Positions 1-11,129 of a stretch of 64,000 nt of DNA are shown piece by piece. The notes under the pieces are model-generated. The model did not search any database, had not been told where the DNA came from, and saw only the letters and a list, made by a program, of their open reading frames with translations. The translations under genes and the position numbers were made by a program. Position 1 is the stretch's first letter. Every line of letters begins with the position of its first letter. This stretch comes from Crocinitomicaceae bacterium (GTDB lineage: Bacteria; Bacteroidota; Bacteroidia; Flavobacteriales_D; Crocinitomicaceae): positions 49,705 through 113,704 of the forward strand of contig JBIKIQ010000004.1 in assembly GCA_044361535.1 (NCBI GenBank), in the 5' to 3' direction.

Positions 1-1
1 C

Positions 2-802
2 TTTTATTTCGTAATTGCCGCAACTACCATTGCCAGCCTTGCTTCATGTAACAAATTTCTGCAAGAAAATCAATCGGATTCTGAGGATGTGTTAAAATTG
101 GAAATGGAGGAAAATGATTTCTTAAAAGAGGAAGAAATAGCATCCAATCCTTGCAGTTTTGATTACGCATCCCTTTTGGCACCTTGTGCGGTCGTTACAG
201 AATCTTCCAGTACGTTTCCAAAAACAGTTACAATTGATTACGGAACAGGTTGTATTGATGCTAACGGTCGAACGAAAAAAGGGAAAATCATTATCAATGT
301 ATCGGGAGATATGCGTGTTGCAGGAAACACAAGAACCGTAACCTTTGAAAATTTCTTCATCAACGACGTAAAAATTGAAGGTTCAAGAAACGCAGAAAAT
401 ACGGGACCAAATTCAGCGGGGAATATGGTTGTGAAAATAACAGGAGATATTACAGCAACAAATGGTGAATTTTCAAGAAATAGAGGTTTCACACGCTATC
501 GCGAGTGGATTTCGGGAATTGCAACCTGTGATACTAGCGACGATGAATTTCATGTAACTGGTTCAGGAACTGCAATTGGCAGAAGAGGTATTGAAATCCC
601 ACATACAATTACTGAAAAGATTGTCTTAAAACCAGGTGAGTGCAAATATCCATTGTCTGGTAAGGTTGATATTGGGAATGAATCACGAGGAATTATATTA
701 AATTTCGGAAATGGAATGTGTGATAACATTGCAGAAGCCACTACCAAACGAAGAAACAAAACGTATCAGATTGATTTGGATACGAGACGGATTATTCAGT
801 AA
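2..802 (+). CDS. Hypothetical lipoprotein, 5' end cut by the window edge
   Basis: The frame of the 89..802 ORF stays open back to nt 2 and reads FYFVIAATTIASLASC-NKF, which is a signal-peptide h-region plus a lipobox Cys. The true start is therefore upstream of the window, not the GTG at 89. No catalytic motif recognised. Confidence 0.6.
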   Translation, partial: FYFVIAATTIASLASCNKFLQENQSDSEDVLKLEMEENDFLKEEEIASNPCSFDYASLLAPCAVVTESSSTFPKTVTIDYGTGCIDANGRTKKGKIIINVSGDMRVAGNTRTVTFENFFINDVKIEGSRNAENTGPNSAGNMVVKITGDITATNGEFSRNRGFTRYREWISGIATCDTSDDEFHVTGSGTAIGRRGIEIPHTITEKIVLKPGECKYPLSGKVDIGNESRGIILNFGNGMCDNIAEATTKRRNKTYQIDLDTRRIIQ

Positions 803-850
803 TTTACGGATTGATTAACAGTAAAAGAACAAAATTAAATCGTGGTTTTA

Positions 851-858
851 TACTTTTG
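851..858 (+). promoter_or_regulatory. Putative Bacteroidota -7 promoter box (TAnnTTTG)
   Basis: 'tacttttg', 14 nt upstream of the ATG at 873. Confidence 0.4.
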
Positions 859-872
859 ATAAAATTATTGAC

Positions 873-2177
873 ATGAAAAATTTGATAGTATCCACCCTTT
901 TGTTTCTCGGTTTTTACCAATCATTTGCTCAGAATTTGTATTTCCCGCCTACAACCGGAAATGTGTGGGACACAACTTCGCCAACTGACTTAGGGTATTG
1001 TCAACCAAAAATTGACAGCTTGTATAATTTCTTGGAACAAAACAATTCAAAAGCATTCATTTTATTAAAAGACGGGAAAATAGTTTTGGAAAAGTATTTT
1101 GGTACACACACGGCAACTACCCCATGGCAGTGGGCATCAGCAGGGAAAACAATTACCTCGTTTATGACAGGAATTGCTCAACAGGAAGGATATTTATCGA
1201 TTACGGACACCACTGCAAGTTATCTAGGGCAAGGTTGGACCAATTGTACACCTCAGCAAGAAGAAAGAATTACTATTTGGAATCAACTTACAATGACTTC
1301 GGGCTTGGATGATGGTGTTCCAGATCATTACTGTACGCTGGATACATGTTTGAATTATTTGGCTGACCCAGGAACGCGCTGGGCATATCACAACGGACCG
1401 TACACACTTTTGGATGGCGTTATTGAAAATGCTACCGGGCTAACTTTGAATAACTACACGACGCAAAAATTGAAGAATCCCACTGGAATGACAGGTGCAT
1501 TTTTTTCGGTGGGATACAACAATGTATTCTTTAGTACGGCCCGAAGTATGGCGCGCTTTGGATCCTTAATTTTGAACAAGGGAAACTGGAACGGAAATCA
1601 AATTATGACAGACACGACTTATTTCAATGAAATGGTGAATACTTCTCAAAACTTAAACAAATCGTATGGGTATTTATGGTGGCTGAATGGGAAACAATCA
1701 TTCATGGTGCCTTCACTACAAACGGTTTTTCCAGCTTTTATGTGTCCAAATGCGCCGGCGGACATGATCTCTGCCATTGGTTCGGGCGGACAATTTTTAA
1801 ATGTTGTACCCAGTCAAAATTTGGTTTGGTTGCGCATGGGCGATGAACCAAGTAATTCCAATGTTCCTTTCCTTCTCAATGATGATATTTGGCAATACGT
1901 GAATGATTTAGTATGTTCTACTTCGAGTGTTGAAGAAGAATATTTCGAGCCAGAAATTCAACTTTATCCGAACCCTGCGAATGAGCAATTAACAATAACG
2001 GTTAAGGATGGTTTTCTAGGAAAAGTAATTTTGTATAATCAAGTAGGGGAAAAAATCGAGGAATTAGATCTAATTTCAAAATCTGCAATCTGGGATGTTT
2101 CTGATTATAAAAATGGAATGTATTTTCTATCATTTCCTGAACTCGGAAAAACGATGCGTTTTGTGAAGTCGGAGTAA
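873..2177 (+). CDS. Serine hydrolase of the beta-lactamase/transpeptidase fold, with a type-A T9SS C-terminal sorting domain
   Basis: Signal peptide (LLFLGFYQSFAQ). S-x-x-K motif 'SAGK', Y-x-N motif 'YHN' and 'GSGGQ'. C-terminus 'LYPNPANEQLTITV...' is typical of a Por/T9SS CTD. Confidence 0.8.
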   Translation: MKNLIVSTLLFLGFYQSFAQNLYFPPTTGNVWDTTSPTDLGYCQPKIDSLYNFLEQNNSKAFILLKDGKIVLEKYFGTHTATTPWQWASAGKTITSFMTGIAQQEGYLSITDTTASYLGQGWTNCTPQQEERITIWNQLTMTSGLDDGVPDHYCTLDTCLNYLADPGTRWAYHNGPYTLLDGVIENATGLTLNNYTTQKLKNPTGMTGAFFSVGYNNVFFSTARSMARFGSLILNKGNWNGNQIMTDTTYFNEMVNTSQNLNKSYGYLWWLNGKQSFMVPSLQTVFPAFMCPNAPADMISAIGSGGQFLNVVPSQNLVWLRMGDEPSNSNVPFLLNDDIWQYVNDLVCSTSSVEEEYFEPEIQLYPNPANEQLTITVKDGFLGKVILYNQVGEKIEELDLISKSAIWDVSDYKNGMYFLSFPELGKTMRFVKSE

Positions 2178-2311
2178 AATAGTCTGAAAAGAAATAACAG
2201 GATTATCTCTTCAACAGCTTAAATCCAATCTCTTTACAAGGGAAATTACACGTTTGATTAATCTAATGTTACACTATCGGTTGAAAATGAATGAGGAAAG
2301 AGATTAAAATT

Positions 2312-3136
2312 CTATTTAATCAACAATTCGTTTATCGCTTTCTGAAGATTCTCCTTATTATTCGGGCCTATTCCAGTTGACACATAGTGAATTATGCCGT
2401 TTTGGTCAATGATTACATTTGTAGGAAACCCTTTAACGCCATATGAATCCGCACTAGTCTGACCGTTTGCAACAACTTTGTAATTGAAATCTGTTGTTTT
2501 TAAAAACTTCTTAAGCTGTTTTTTATCATTCAAAGCAATTGCAAGGAAAACAATATTCTTTTCTTTAAATTCTTCAACCAATTCATTCAATTCGGGCATT
2601 TCCATAATACAAGGCTTACACTCAACGAACCAAAAATTTAATACAACTACTTTTCCTTTTAATTCACTTAGTATATGCGTTTTTCCTTTTAAATCCTTCA
2701 GATTAAAATCAGTTGCTTTGGTTCCAATCAATTCGTTTTTTTCCTGTTCCATTCCCATCCCGCCTTGTTGCATTTTTGCCATCATGGCCTTTTCCTCTGG
2801 AGTTGCTTTTCTCAAAACAAAGGCCTTAACCATCTTTTTTTCATCCACATAAGGTTCAGGAATATATTCGCTCGACATCATGATTTTCATAAAATCTGCT
2901 GGGTTAATCTTTTGAAATTGCTCATCATACATGGGCATTGACATCGGATCAAGCATTAATGGAGTGCCTGGTTGAATATCTCCAGGTCCTGCTTTTTTGA
3001 GTCCTTGAAGCACGGTTGATTCATTTTTGATGCTATCAGATTGAGTGGTTTGAGCACTCAACCAACTTGAATCAATAAACATGATTTGAACAATTAGTAA
3101 AAAAGATAAAAAATTAGCGGTAAAAATTTTTGACAT
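2312..3136 (-). CDS. TlpA-like thiol-disulfide oxidoreductase (thioredoxin fold, secreted)
   Basis: N-terminal signal/anchor. Thioredoxin-fold C-terminal half with CxxC in 'NFWFVECKPCIMEMPEL'. Confidence 0.8.
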   Translation of the reverse strand: MSKIFTANFLSFLLIVQIMFIDSSWLSAQTTQSDSIKNESTVLQGLKKAGPGDIQPGTPLMLDPMSMPMYDEQFQKINPADFMKIMMSSEYIPEPYVDEKKMVKAFVLRKATPEEKAMMAKMQQGGMGMEQEKNELIGTKATDFNLKDLKGKTHILSELKGKVVVLNFWFVECKPCIMEMPELNELVEEFKEKNIVFLAIALNDKKQLKKFLKTTDFNYKVVANGQTSADSYGVKGFPTNVIIDQNGIIHYVSTGIGPNNKENLQKAINELLIK

Positions 3137-3207
3137 TTGTTATGTATTGGTTTGTTTCTCAAAGTTAAACAGAAAAACGTTTTAATTATTAACCCACACA
3201 AAATACC

Positions 3208-3215
3208 TATCTTTG
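3208..3215 (+). promoter_or_regulatory. Putative -7 promoter box (TAnnTTTG) for rbfA
   Basis: 'tatctttg', only 4 nt upstream of the rbfA ATG. This implies a leaderless or near-leaderless mRNA. Confidence 0.45.
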
Positions 3216-3219
3216 TACT

Positions 3220-3555
3220 ATGTCATCAATACGTCAACACAAGATTGAAGCTGCTATAAGAAATGAATTAGCCTCTTATCTTCAGCGAAACACCAATGAA
3301 ATTTGTTTAGGAAGCATGGTTACAGTCACAATAATTCGTGTAACCTCTGACCTATCTTTAGCTCGTTGTTATTTGAGCTTCTTTGCAGGGCCAGATAAGA
3401 AGGCAGTTTTAGATAACATTAATCTTCACAAGGGAAAAATACGAATGGAAATCGCTAAACGCTTGGGTAATATGAGAAAAATTCCTGAATTGTTGTTTTT
3501 TATTGATGACTCGCTTGATTATGCGGAAGAAATCGATAATTTATTAAAAAAATAA
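3220..3555 (+). CDS. rbfA: Ribosome-binding factor A
   Basis: 111 aa. The N-terminus 'RQHKIEAAIRNELASYLQ' and overall size match the RbfA family. Confidence 0.85.
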   Translation: MSSIRQHKIEAAIRNELASYLQRNTNEICLGSMVTVTIIRVTSDLSLARCYLSFFAGPDKKAVLDNINLHKGKIRMEIAKRLGNMRKIPELLFFIDDSLDYAEEIDNLLKK

Positions 3556-4791
3556 TTGGGTACCAACGTTCCATTTTTCATTGCTAAACGGTATTTATTT
3601 TCTTGGAAAAAGAGAAATGCTATTAATTTAATTACTGCAATTTCTATCGTCGGAATTGCCGTCACAACTGCTGCATTGGTTATTTTAATTTCAGCATTCA
3701 ACGGCATTGAGCAAATGATAGATCGCATGTATTCTGAATTTGATACCGATTTGTCAATACAAGCCAGCGAAACAAAAACATTTAATGCTTCCCAAATTGA
3801 TTTAAAAAAAATACAAAAAGTTGAAGGTGTTCAATCGTTAGCGAGAACGGTTGATGAATTGGTTATTATAAAAAATGGTGAGAGGTGGGTGAATGCGCGA
3901 TTAATCGGCGTTGATTCAACCTTCCTATCCATGGCAAAAATCAATAATCATTTATTAAATAAGGCTGTAATTAGCGATTTTAAATCCTTTGTTATCCCTG
4001 GTGCTGGTTTGCAAGGCAAACTTCAAATAGGTATTGATGTTGAAAATAATTATGATCCGATAGTTATTTATGCACCTAAACGAAAAATCTCAATAAAACC
4101 TGGGCAAAATCCATTTTTTCTTGAAAATGCAAACGTGAGTGCCATTATGAACTACAATCGAGAAGTTAACTCCGATATCGTATTAAGTTCATTTGACTTT
4201 GCAGCACAATTACTTCAATATGAAAATGAATATAGTTCCATTTGGATTGATTTGAAGGAAGATGCGAATCTAGAAAAGACCAAAAAATCGATTCAAGAAT
4301 TAGTTGGCCCCTCCTTCAAAGTGAAAACAAGAATAGAAAAAAACGAACTCATCTATAAAACCAGTCAATCAGAAAAAATTATCGTAATCTGTATTTTGAT
4401 TTTTATATTTATTCTTTCGGCATTTAATTTAATTGCCTCTTTAACAATGCTTTTTGTGGAGAAGAAAAAACACATTACTTCATTATTGAGCATGGGGTTG
4501 ACCAAAAGAAATATTTTTTCAATTTTTTTCATTGAAGGAATTTTAATTTCTTCTATTGGACTTGTTTTAGGGTTAGGAATAGGATATCTTGTTTGCTTTG
4601 CCCAATTCTATGGAAATCTTATTGTATTGCCAGGAACGACAGAAGCATTTCCCATAAATCCAACTTTCTTCGACGGCGTATTGATTCTATTGATGGTCGT
4701 TTTTTTAACCGTTTTATTTTCCTATTCCACCGTACATTTTTTAGTGAGAAGTAATTTTTCATCCCAATTTTTGCTCTTTAGACGAGAGTAA
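3556..4791 (+). CDS. FtsX-like ABC transporter permease (LolC/LolE-like)
   Basis: 'FIAKRYLFSWKKRNAINLITAISIVGIAVTTAALVILISAFNG' is the classic LolE/FtsX N-terminal TM segment. It is followed by a large periplasmic loop and three C-terminal TM helices. TTG start directly abuts the rbfA stop. Confidence 0.8.
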   Translation: MGTNVPFFIAKRYLFSWKKRNAINLITAISIVGIAVTTAALVILISAFNGIEQMIDRMYSEFDTDLSIQASETKTFNASQIDLKKIQKVEGVQSLARTVDELVIIKNGERWVNARLIGVDSTFLSMAKINNHLLNKAVISDFKSFVIPGAGLQGKLQIGIDVENNYDPIVIYAPKRKISIKPGQNPFFLENANVSAIMNYNREVNSDIVLSSFDFAAQLLQYENEYSSIWIDLKEDANLEKTKKSIQELVGPSFKVKTRIEKNELIYKTSQSEKIIVICILIFIFILSAFNLIASLTMLFVEKKKHITSLLSMGLTKRNIFSIFFIEGILISSIGLVLGLGIGYLVCFAQFYGNLIVLPGTTEAFPINPTFFDGVLILLMVVFLTVLFSYSTVHFLVRSNFSSQFLLFRRE

Positions 4792-4862
4792 AAATTATTG
4801 ATTTTTTTCGTCAAAAAATGACAGTAGTAATCCTTCATTTTTTTTCTTGGTATTTTGCATAA

Positions 4863-6440
<1,578 letters not shown>

Positions 6441-6441
6441 G

Positions 6442-6732
6442 ATGTTAGTTGTTGATATATTAACTCCAGAATCAAACGTATTTAGCGGCGAGGTTATTTC
6501 TGTCACTTTACCTGGTCTAGATGGTACTTTTCAAGTATTAACTAATCACGCTCCTATTATTTCAGCGCTTAAGCCTGGAACTATGAAAGTAGAATTAGCA
6601 AAATCTTTTGATTCAGAACAATTTAAAAGCAAATTAATTTCCACCACGAGTGATTCAAAGAAAATTGAAATTACTATCAATGGTGGGGTTGCTGAGTTAA
6701 CTAATAATAAAATGATTGTTCTAGCTGAATAA
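6442..6732 (+). CDS. atpC: F0F1 ATP synthase subunit epsilon (short form)
   Basis: Starts 1 nt after the atpD stop. 'VDILTPESNVFSGEVISVTLPGLDGTFQVLTNHAPIISAL' matches the epsilon N-terminal beta-sandwich. Confidence 0.85.
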   Translation: MLVVDILTPESNVFSGEVISVTLPGLDGTFQVLTNHAPIISALKPGTMKVELAKSFDSEQFKSKLISTTSDSKKIEITINGGVAELTNNKMIVLAE

Positions 6733-6750
6733 TTAGATCCTTATAAAAAT

Positions 6751-6783
6751 AAAAAAAGGGGAATTTGATATTCCCCTTTTTTT
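6751..6783. terminator. Bidirectional rho-independent terminator between atpC and the convergent BNR gene
   Basis: An 11-bp perfect stem, 'aaaaggggaat' (6754-6764) with 'attcccctttt' (6770-6780), and a 5-nt loop. It is flanked by an A-run and a T-run, so either strand reads a hairpin followed by U-tract. Confidence 0.8.
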
Positions 6784-6817
6784 ATGCCATTGATTAAGTA
6801 GTTGTTTGGATTTTCCT

Positions 6818-9800
6818 TTACTTCTCTAGTTTTAAAAATTCCTCAAAAGAGATAAGCGCTGGTACTTGAACGGTTTTATTCTTGGTTAATTCTTTTTCAA
6901 ATGCTTTTATTGAACCCGCTTTTATCTTATCAAACACTGATCTAGCAGCGTCAAAATCCTTTTTCAACGATGCAATATTTTCAAGTTGTGTTGAAGATGG
7001 AGCCCCATTGTAGGAAGAAACTGTCCCATAAATATCATTCAACTTTTCCTTTAATTCTGGTTCTGCCGCTCCTACGTAATTGTCACCTGTTGTTACAACA
7101 ACTGTTTTTCGAAGAGCATCAAGTTCCTCACCCAACTTTTTGACTGTTTTATTAGGAGCACTATTTTTCTTTTGGAACTCTTCCACCTTTTCATCCCAAA
7201 GATCAATTTGATAAACAAAATAGGCTAAATCCTGAATCAGATCAAACAGTTCTTTTGTAACTTTTTGCTGCTCAGTTCTTTCAGCCAATGTAAATGAAGA
7301 ACTTGGATCATATTGAACTTCTATTTCTTTGGTGTATAATTCACCTCCCTTGGTTATTTTTACAATATATTTCCCTGCCTTAACAGTAGGTGCTCCTGCA
7401 AATGACAATCCTTTACTTTTTGCAACCTTCGGCGCTAAACCGTTGAAACCCCATGAAATGGTGTTAATTCCCTTTTGTTTACCTGCCTCAAGCTTAGTAA
7501 CCAAATTACGATTCACATCAACAATTTCCGCAGTCATTTTACCAAAGGTGTGACGCTTTGGTAGAAAATAAGAAATTTGAGCATTAGAACTTGGATTATC
7601 ACCCACAAACTGATTGGATAGTGCTGTTCCACCAAAATTGCTTTTCTCACTAATCGTGAAAGGTTTTGTATCGAAAAAAGTAAGATTTGATTTTAACAAA
7701 CCCTCATTTATACTTCTTAACGGAGTAATATCATCAATGATAATGATTCCTCGACCATGAGTTGCAGCAACCAGAGCGTTTTTTTCTGGATGTAATTCCA
7801 AATAATGAATTGCAACTTTTGGGAAATTATTTGTAAATGGCGACCAACTTTTCCCTCCATTTAGGGTAATATATAATCCATTTTCAGCACCGACAAAAAG
7901 TAAATTTGGATTCTTGTAATCTTCTTGAATATTTCTAACAAAAGAGGTGATTTCAGGTGTTGTGATAGAAACCCAAGTTTGACCAAAATCAGACGTTTTA
8001 TAAACATAGGCATTGTAATCATTGGTGGTATGACCTTCAAAAACAGCATAGGCAATTTCTTTTCCATGAACACTTGCTTCAATATGGTAACACCATGTAT
8101 TCAAAGGCAAACCAGGAAAGTTCTTCGTTAAATTTGTCCATGTTTTTCCTCCATCCTTGGTCAATTGAACATTCCCATCATCTGTACCCACCCAAATTAC
8201 TTGATCTGTAAGAGGCGATTCTGCAATAGTAAAAATAGTACAATGATTTTCTGCTCCTGAGTTATCTGCTGATAACCCTCCAGACGCCTCTTGATTTTGT
8301 TTGGTTTTATCATTTGTTGTTAAATCCGCAGATATTTTTTTCCAGCTATCACCACGATCATTGGAAATATGAAGAAACTGGCTCCCTACATACAATCGAT
8401 CTGGATTGTGTTTACTTGTAGTTATTGGAGCATTCCAGTTAAATCGCAATTTTGGATCTCCTTCAACCGGATATGGTTTTATTACTTTTAATTGTTGTTT
8501 TTTCACATCAAAACGCCAGATTGCCTCGGCTCCTTGCATTTCAGAATACACAATATGAGGTTCAGTTGGATGCGGATAAACACGGAAGCCATCTCCTTGT
8601 CCTACAAGCTCCCAATCCCGAGCCTCCACCCCACCCGGACTTGCCGATGGACCAAACCATGAATTATTGTCTTGTAAACCACCATAGACGAAGTATGGTT
8701 CGCGATTATCTATACTAACATGGTAAAACTGACTTAAAGGCAGGTCTTCAATCATTTCCAGACTTGAACCACCATCCATTGAGCGATACAAACCACCGTC
8801 TGTCGCTGCAAACATTTTATTAGAATTGGCATGATCAAATACAATATCGTGAATGTCCGAATGCATGGAACCTAAACTTTTAAATGTTTTACCTCCATCA
8901 CGACTTATAGAACCAAATAAGCCAGCTTTAACAACGATTTCTGCATTTTTAGGATCTACTGTAATTTTGGAAAAATAAAATGGGCGAACAGTTAAACCAA
9001 AATCACCGTTTAAAAACTTCCAATTTTGTCCGCCGTCATCCGAACGATAAAGTCCCTTTTCTTCCTTTTTCTCCGCTTCTAAAACGGCATAAACGATAGC
9101 TGGATTTGATGGAGCAATTGTAACAGCAATTCGTCCAAGTTTTCCTTTCGGGAGACCATTCTGTAATTTATTCCATGTTTTACCACCATCAGTACTTTTA
9201 TACAGTGCGCTACTCAATCCACCTGAACTAAAGGAATAAGCTGTTCGTCTAAATTCCCAAAATGCTGCATAAAGAACCTCAGGATTTGAAGGATCCATAA
9301 CCAATTCAGAACAACCAGTCGTATTATTTACAAATAGGATTTTATTCCATGTTTTACCTCCGTCTTCCGTTTTATAGACCCCGCGATCGTCACTATTACC
9401 CCAAAGAGCCCCAAGCGCTGCAACATAGACAATGTTAGGATTAGAAGGATGAACTTGAATAGAAGCAATACGATCCGTTTTTTCCAAGCCCAATTTCGTC
9501 CAGTTTTTACCACCATCCGTTGTTTTGTAGATTCCGTCTCCGTAGGAAACACTATTTCTTGTCCAAGTTTCTCCTGTTCCCACCCAATAGCTATTATCAG
9601 GGTCATTTGGATCAATAGCAACCGCTCCAATTGATTGGCAATAATTGTCGAAAATAGATGTAAAGCGAACCCCGCCATCTTGTGATTTCCAAACACCTCC
9701 ACCCGCAGTTCCAATCAAAACGACATTGCTATTTTTTGGATGTAGTTCAACATCTGAAACGCGACCACTCATTAAGGCAGGGCCAATATGACGCGCTTTC

Positions 9801-9898
9801 ATATCTCCAAAATACTCACCGGCATTCAAGGTAGATTCTTGTGCAAAAGAGGATAAGGACAGACTCAAAAAGAGAATGCCGATTGAAATTTTTCTCAT
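6818..9898 (-). CDS. BNR/Asp-box (sortilin/VPS10-like) beta-propeller repeat protein, secreted
   Basis: At least eight S/T-x-D-G-G-x-T/N-W/F Asp-box motifs (SQDGGVRF, TTDGGKNW, TEDGGKTW, STDGGKTW, SDDGGQNW, SRDGGKTF, TKDGGKTW, LNGGKSW). Start moved to 'MRKISIGILFLSLSLSSFAQ' (signal peptide) at 9898. The ORF-track start at 9937 would overlap the upstream gene. Confidence 0.8.
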   Translation of the reverse strand: MRKISIGILFLSLSLSSFAQESTLNAGEYFGDMKARHIGPALMSGRVSDVELHPKNSNVVLIGTAGGGVWKSQDGGVRFTSIFDNYCQSIGAVAIDPNDPDNSYWVGTGETWTRNSVSYGDGIYKTTDGGKNWTKLGLEKTDRIASIQVHPSNPNIVYVAALGALWGNSDDRGVYKTEDGGKTWNKILFVNNTTGCSELVMDPSNPEVLYAAFWEFRRTAYSFSSGGLSSALYKSTDGGKTWNKLQNGLPKGKLGRIAVTIAPSNPAIVYAVLEAEKKEEKGLYRSDDGGQNWKFLNGDFGLTVRPFYFSKITVDPKNAEIVVKAGLFGSISRDGGKTFKSLGSMHSDIHDIVFDHANSNKMFAATDGGLYRSMDGGSSLEMIEDLPLSQFYHVSIDNREPYFVYGGLQDNNSWFGPSASPGGVEARDWELVGQGDGFRVYPHPTEPHIVYSEMQGAEAIWRFDVKKQQLKVIKPYPVEGDPKLRFNWNAPITTSKHNPDRLYVGSQFLHISNDRGDSWKKISADLTTNDKTKQNQEASGGLSADNSGAENHCTIFTIAESPLTDQVIWVGTDDGNVQLTKDGGKTWTNLTKNFPGLPLNTWCYHIEASVHGKEIAYAVFEGHTTNDYNAYVYKTSDFGQTWVSITTPEITSFVRNIQEDYKNPNLLFVGAENGLYITLNGGKSWSPFTNNFPKVAIHYLELHPEKNALVAATHGRGIIIIDDITPLRSINEGLLKSNLTFFDTKPFTISEKSNFGGTALSNQFVGDNPSSNAQISYFLPKRHTFGKMTAEIVDVNRNLVTKLEAGKQKGINTISWGFNGLAPKVAKSKGLSFAGAPTVKAGKYIVKITKGGELYTKEIEVQYDPSSSFTLAERTEQQKVTKELFDLIQDLAYFVYQIDLWDEKVEEFQKKNSAPNKTVKKLGEELDALRKTVVVTTGDNYVGAAEPELKEKLNDIYGTVSSYNGAPSSTQLENIASLKKDFDAARSVFDKIKAGSIKAFEKELTKNKTVQVPALISFEEFLKLEK

Positions 9899-9902
9899 AA
9901 AT

Positions 9903-10655
9903 TTATTTTTTAGGGAAAGCAAACACGCCCTCTTCAACGGTTGGATTTACTTCAATTTTCTCAAATTGAATCGTTTGTGACTCACCATCTTTAAGCCCTT
10001 GTGTAGTAGAAAAAGGAAAATATACACCATTTACCTCTTGGTAATCGCTAAATTTTGTTTGTGAAATTTTTCCTTTCATTTCTCCTGAGTTAATTTCAGT
10101 CTCTACTAATACTGGAACATTACTTTCTTTGTCCATATAATAATATTCAACATTAGGCACTTCTTTTCCGTCCACTAACATTGTTTTCTTTTCCAATTTA
10201 ATTTTGTGACAATCTGTTCCTTCAATCTTTTCACTTCCTAACAAGGTTGCGGAATAACCTAAATTTTTGTAGTGTACCAAGCCATTTGGAAATTCTTTAG
10301 CGGCACGACGAGCATTTTCTGAATCATCTGCTGTACTTTCCTCAGCCTCCATGGTCATGAAATTTGTTGTCCAGCTTGTTTTACCATCAAATGCAGCCAT
10401 CGTCATCGTATTCCCCATAAATGTAACTTTTGTAAAAGAACGACCATCTCTCAAACCAACTACTTCAACGGGAATAGTCATTCCTCCTTGATCTATATTT
10501 GCTGTCATACGCATTCCGTTTACAGCATCCCAATTTTTTCCACCGATGGTTTCATAATAGGAATTGATAATTTCATGAACATTTTGAGCTAATGATAAGC
10601 TAGTCATTCCCAAAAGGAAAAAACCAAATAAAGACGTTTTCAAAGAGATTTTCAT
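9903..10655 (-). CDS. Secreted LolA-like / outer-membrane lipoprotein-sorting-like protein (conserved hypothetical)
   Basis: Signal peptide 'LLGMTSLSLAQ', ~250 aa, predicted all-beta. The pattern 'YYETIGGKNWDAVNGMRMTANIDQGGMTIPVEV...' recalls the Flavobacteriia family usually annotated this way. Stop lies 4 nt before the BNR gene start. Confidence 0.5.
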   Translation of the reverse strand: MKISLKTSLFGFFLLGMTSLSLAQNVHEIINSYYETIGGKNWDAVNGMRMTANIDQGGMTIPVEVVGLRDGRSFTKVTFMGNTMTMAAFDGKTSWTTNFMTMEAEESTADDSENARRAAKEFPNGLVHYKNLGYSATLLGSEKIEGTDCHKIKLEKKTMLVDGKEVPNVEYYYMDKESNVPVLVETEINSGEMKGKISQTKFSDYQEVNGVYFPFSTTQGLKDGESQTIQFEKIEVNPTVEEGVFAFPKK

Positions 10656-11073
10656 AGTATATTAATTTACTTTGTGACGAAGATACCTATTAATTTGTTA
10701 CCCAATTTGTCAAATATTGCTGGAATTGAGAAAAAAAAAATAAAAAATCGGTGTTTTACAGACAAGGTGTAAATTAATGAAAGGCTAGACTTTTAAAATT
10801 TGTTCCCGAGGTTGCTGTTTTCTCAAAAGTGATTATTCCCAATTGATAACCGCAAATGTTGTTGGACAGCAGATAATGAGTAAATTAATAGCCAAATGGG
10901 GTGCTTTTGTTAAAACCCATTTGATTACTATGGGTATCCTTTAATCATTTCTTTTTATAATCACAAAGAAATTTTCCTTGGGACCGACATCCCTCTTTAA
11001 ATTTTGGTTCTAATCGCAAATCGTCTACTAAATTTTAATCACTTTAAAAAAAAAAGGCTTTTTGGAGCTAATG

Positions 11074-11110
11074 AAAAATTCCCCCGCCGTTTTTTAACGC
11101 GACGAGGGAA
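11074..11110 (-). terminator. Rho-independent terminator after the 1099-aa adhesin gene
   Basis: The minus strand reads 'ttccctcgtcg-cgttaaaaaa-cggcgggggaa' followed by 'ttttt'. The stem is 11 bp including two G-U pairs. Confidence 0.6.
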
Positions 11111-11129
11111 TGCAGCGATTTGTTAATTT

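Noticed and set aside
2484-2852. 122-aa plus-strand ORF antisense to the TlpA-like gene; similar antisense ORFs at 40128-40469, 40663-40986, 17750-18088 and 6119-6475
   Set aside because: They are low-complexity, Phe/Ser/Ile/Leu-rich translations, typical of the antisense of AT-rich genes. They are fully nested in genes with strong motif support and have no promoter boxes.
10876-10944. 22-codon ORF (MSKLIAKWGAFVKTHLITMGIL) inside the long spacer
   Set aside because: It has no promoter box or other translation signal and overlaps the 8-bp inverted repeat. It cannot be told apart from chance ORFs in AT-rich DNA.
11006-11015. 'ggttctaatc', which resembles a tRNA T-arm/T-loop (GGTTCGAATC)
   Set aside because: The flanking bases cannot form the T stem or an acceptor stem, and no anticodon or D arm can be drawn. 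I found no tRNA-like cloverleaf anywhere in the window.
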